Position numbers and translations under genes: made by a program
Notes under the pieces: model-generated
Database searches by the model: none
What the model saw: the letters and a program-made list of their open reading frames with translations, nothing else
Told to the model about the DNA's origin: nothing
In this document: piece by piece, positions 63,764-64,000 of the stretch
How the letters are laid out: each line of letters starts with the position of its first letter
How positions within the stretch are numbered: the first letter of the stretch is position 1
Assembly: GCA_045636865.1 (NCBI GenBank)
Contig: JAZTYJ010000004.1
Location: 108,662 to 172,661, forward strand
Source of the DNA: Eubacteriales bacterium
GTDB taxonomy: Bacteria; Bacillota; Clostridia; Oscillospirales; JAAYXM01
Direction: 5' to 3'
Length of the DNA: 64,000 nucleotides

Positions 63764-64000
63764 ATGAAAGTATTTGCTTTTGGAGAAGTCCTTTGGGATG
63801 TATATTCAAACAGTGAACATATCGGCGGTGCACCGCTCAATTTTGCCGCACACTTTAAAAAATGCGGCGGAGATGCGTCTGTTATCACCGCGGTCGGAGA
63901 CGATGACCTTGGAAAAAAGACCGTTTCTGAAATTAAAAAAATGGGCATTGGCACGGAATACATAACCGTTTCCGAAAAAGAAACGGGCAAGTGCCTCGTT
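63764..64000 (+). CDS. PfkB-family carbohydrate kinase (fructokinase-like), 3' end outside the window
   Basis: MKVFAFGEVLWDVYSNSEHIGGAPLNFAAH is a typical PfkB N-terminus. An extended -10 TGGTATAAT lies at 63729-63737. The frame is open to the window end. Confidence 0.75.
   Translation, partial: MKVFAFGEVLWDVYSNSEHIGGAPLNFAAHFKKCGGDASVITAVGDDDLGKKTVSEIKKMGIGTEYITVSEKETGKCLV

Noticed and set aside
1-64000. A search for CRISPR arrays, IS elements, integrases, prophage genes, toxin-antitoxin pairs and restriction-modification or other defence systems.
   Set aside because: I saw no regularly spaced direct repeats and no transposase, integrase or recombinase-like ORFs. There is no obvious compositional island. 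The only repeats are the three tandem paralog pairs and the 132-bp-offset gene-fragment relic.

Overview
64-kb chromosomal segment that looks like a spore-forming Clostridia-class Firmicute. This rests on dpaA/dpaB, ytvI and a SipL/SpoVID-like gene, T-box and THF leaders, consensus sigma-A promoters, AGGAGG-type RBSs and many hairpin plus U-tract terminators. A gut or rumen Oscillospiraceae/Ruminococcaceae-like origin is only an inference. I can support about 60 protein genes, one tRNA (Arg-ACG), two riboswitch-class leaders, several LacI/DtxR-type operators and one gene-fragment relic. I saw no rRNA, CRISPR array, transposase, integrase or phage genes.

Gene blocks in order:
- 1-8.9 kb: two tandem HTH-cupin-acyl-CoA-synthetase fusion genes. 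The second sits behind a valine-type T-box and is followed by ilvE, a P-loop NTPase and a 4-subunit 2-oxoacid:ferredoxin oxidoreductase.
- 8.9-13.7 kb: oxidoreductase, uridine phosphorylase, DtxR-type repressor and feoAB.
- 13.7-23.6 kb: a LacI-controlled locus with two tandem DUF4838-like genes, two tandem GH36-like genes and a DMT transporter.
- 23.6-49.6 kb: housekeeping and sporulation genes. These are ytvI, ACT-hom-aspartate kinase, TPK, a DUF3794/LysM protein, nth, comEB, nagA, mgtE, dpaAB, uppP, THF-riboswitch-folT, mscL, SPFH/NfeD, tRNA-Arg, thrS, pyrR and gtrA.
- 49.7-55.8 kb: a second LacI gene, an esterase, and an operon of a beta-sandwich protein, a DegT aminotransferase, a xylose-isomerase-like TIM barrel and a PIG-L deacetylase. 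The operon contains a decayed duplicate of one gene's 5' end.
- 55.9-64 kb: exonuclease, E2-like acyltransferase, radC, tepA-like, trmK, nif3, rqcH and a PfkB kinase truncated by the window end.

The most interesting candidate system is the T-box(Val)-gated module. It reads as branched-chain fatty acid to branched-chain amino acid synthesis by reductive carboxylation, built around unusual regulator-enzyme fusion proteins. All family assignments come from reading motifs by eye and from memory. None was checked against a database.
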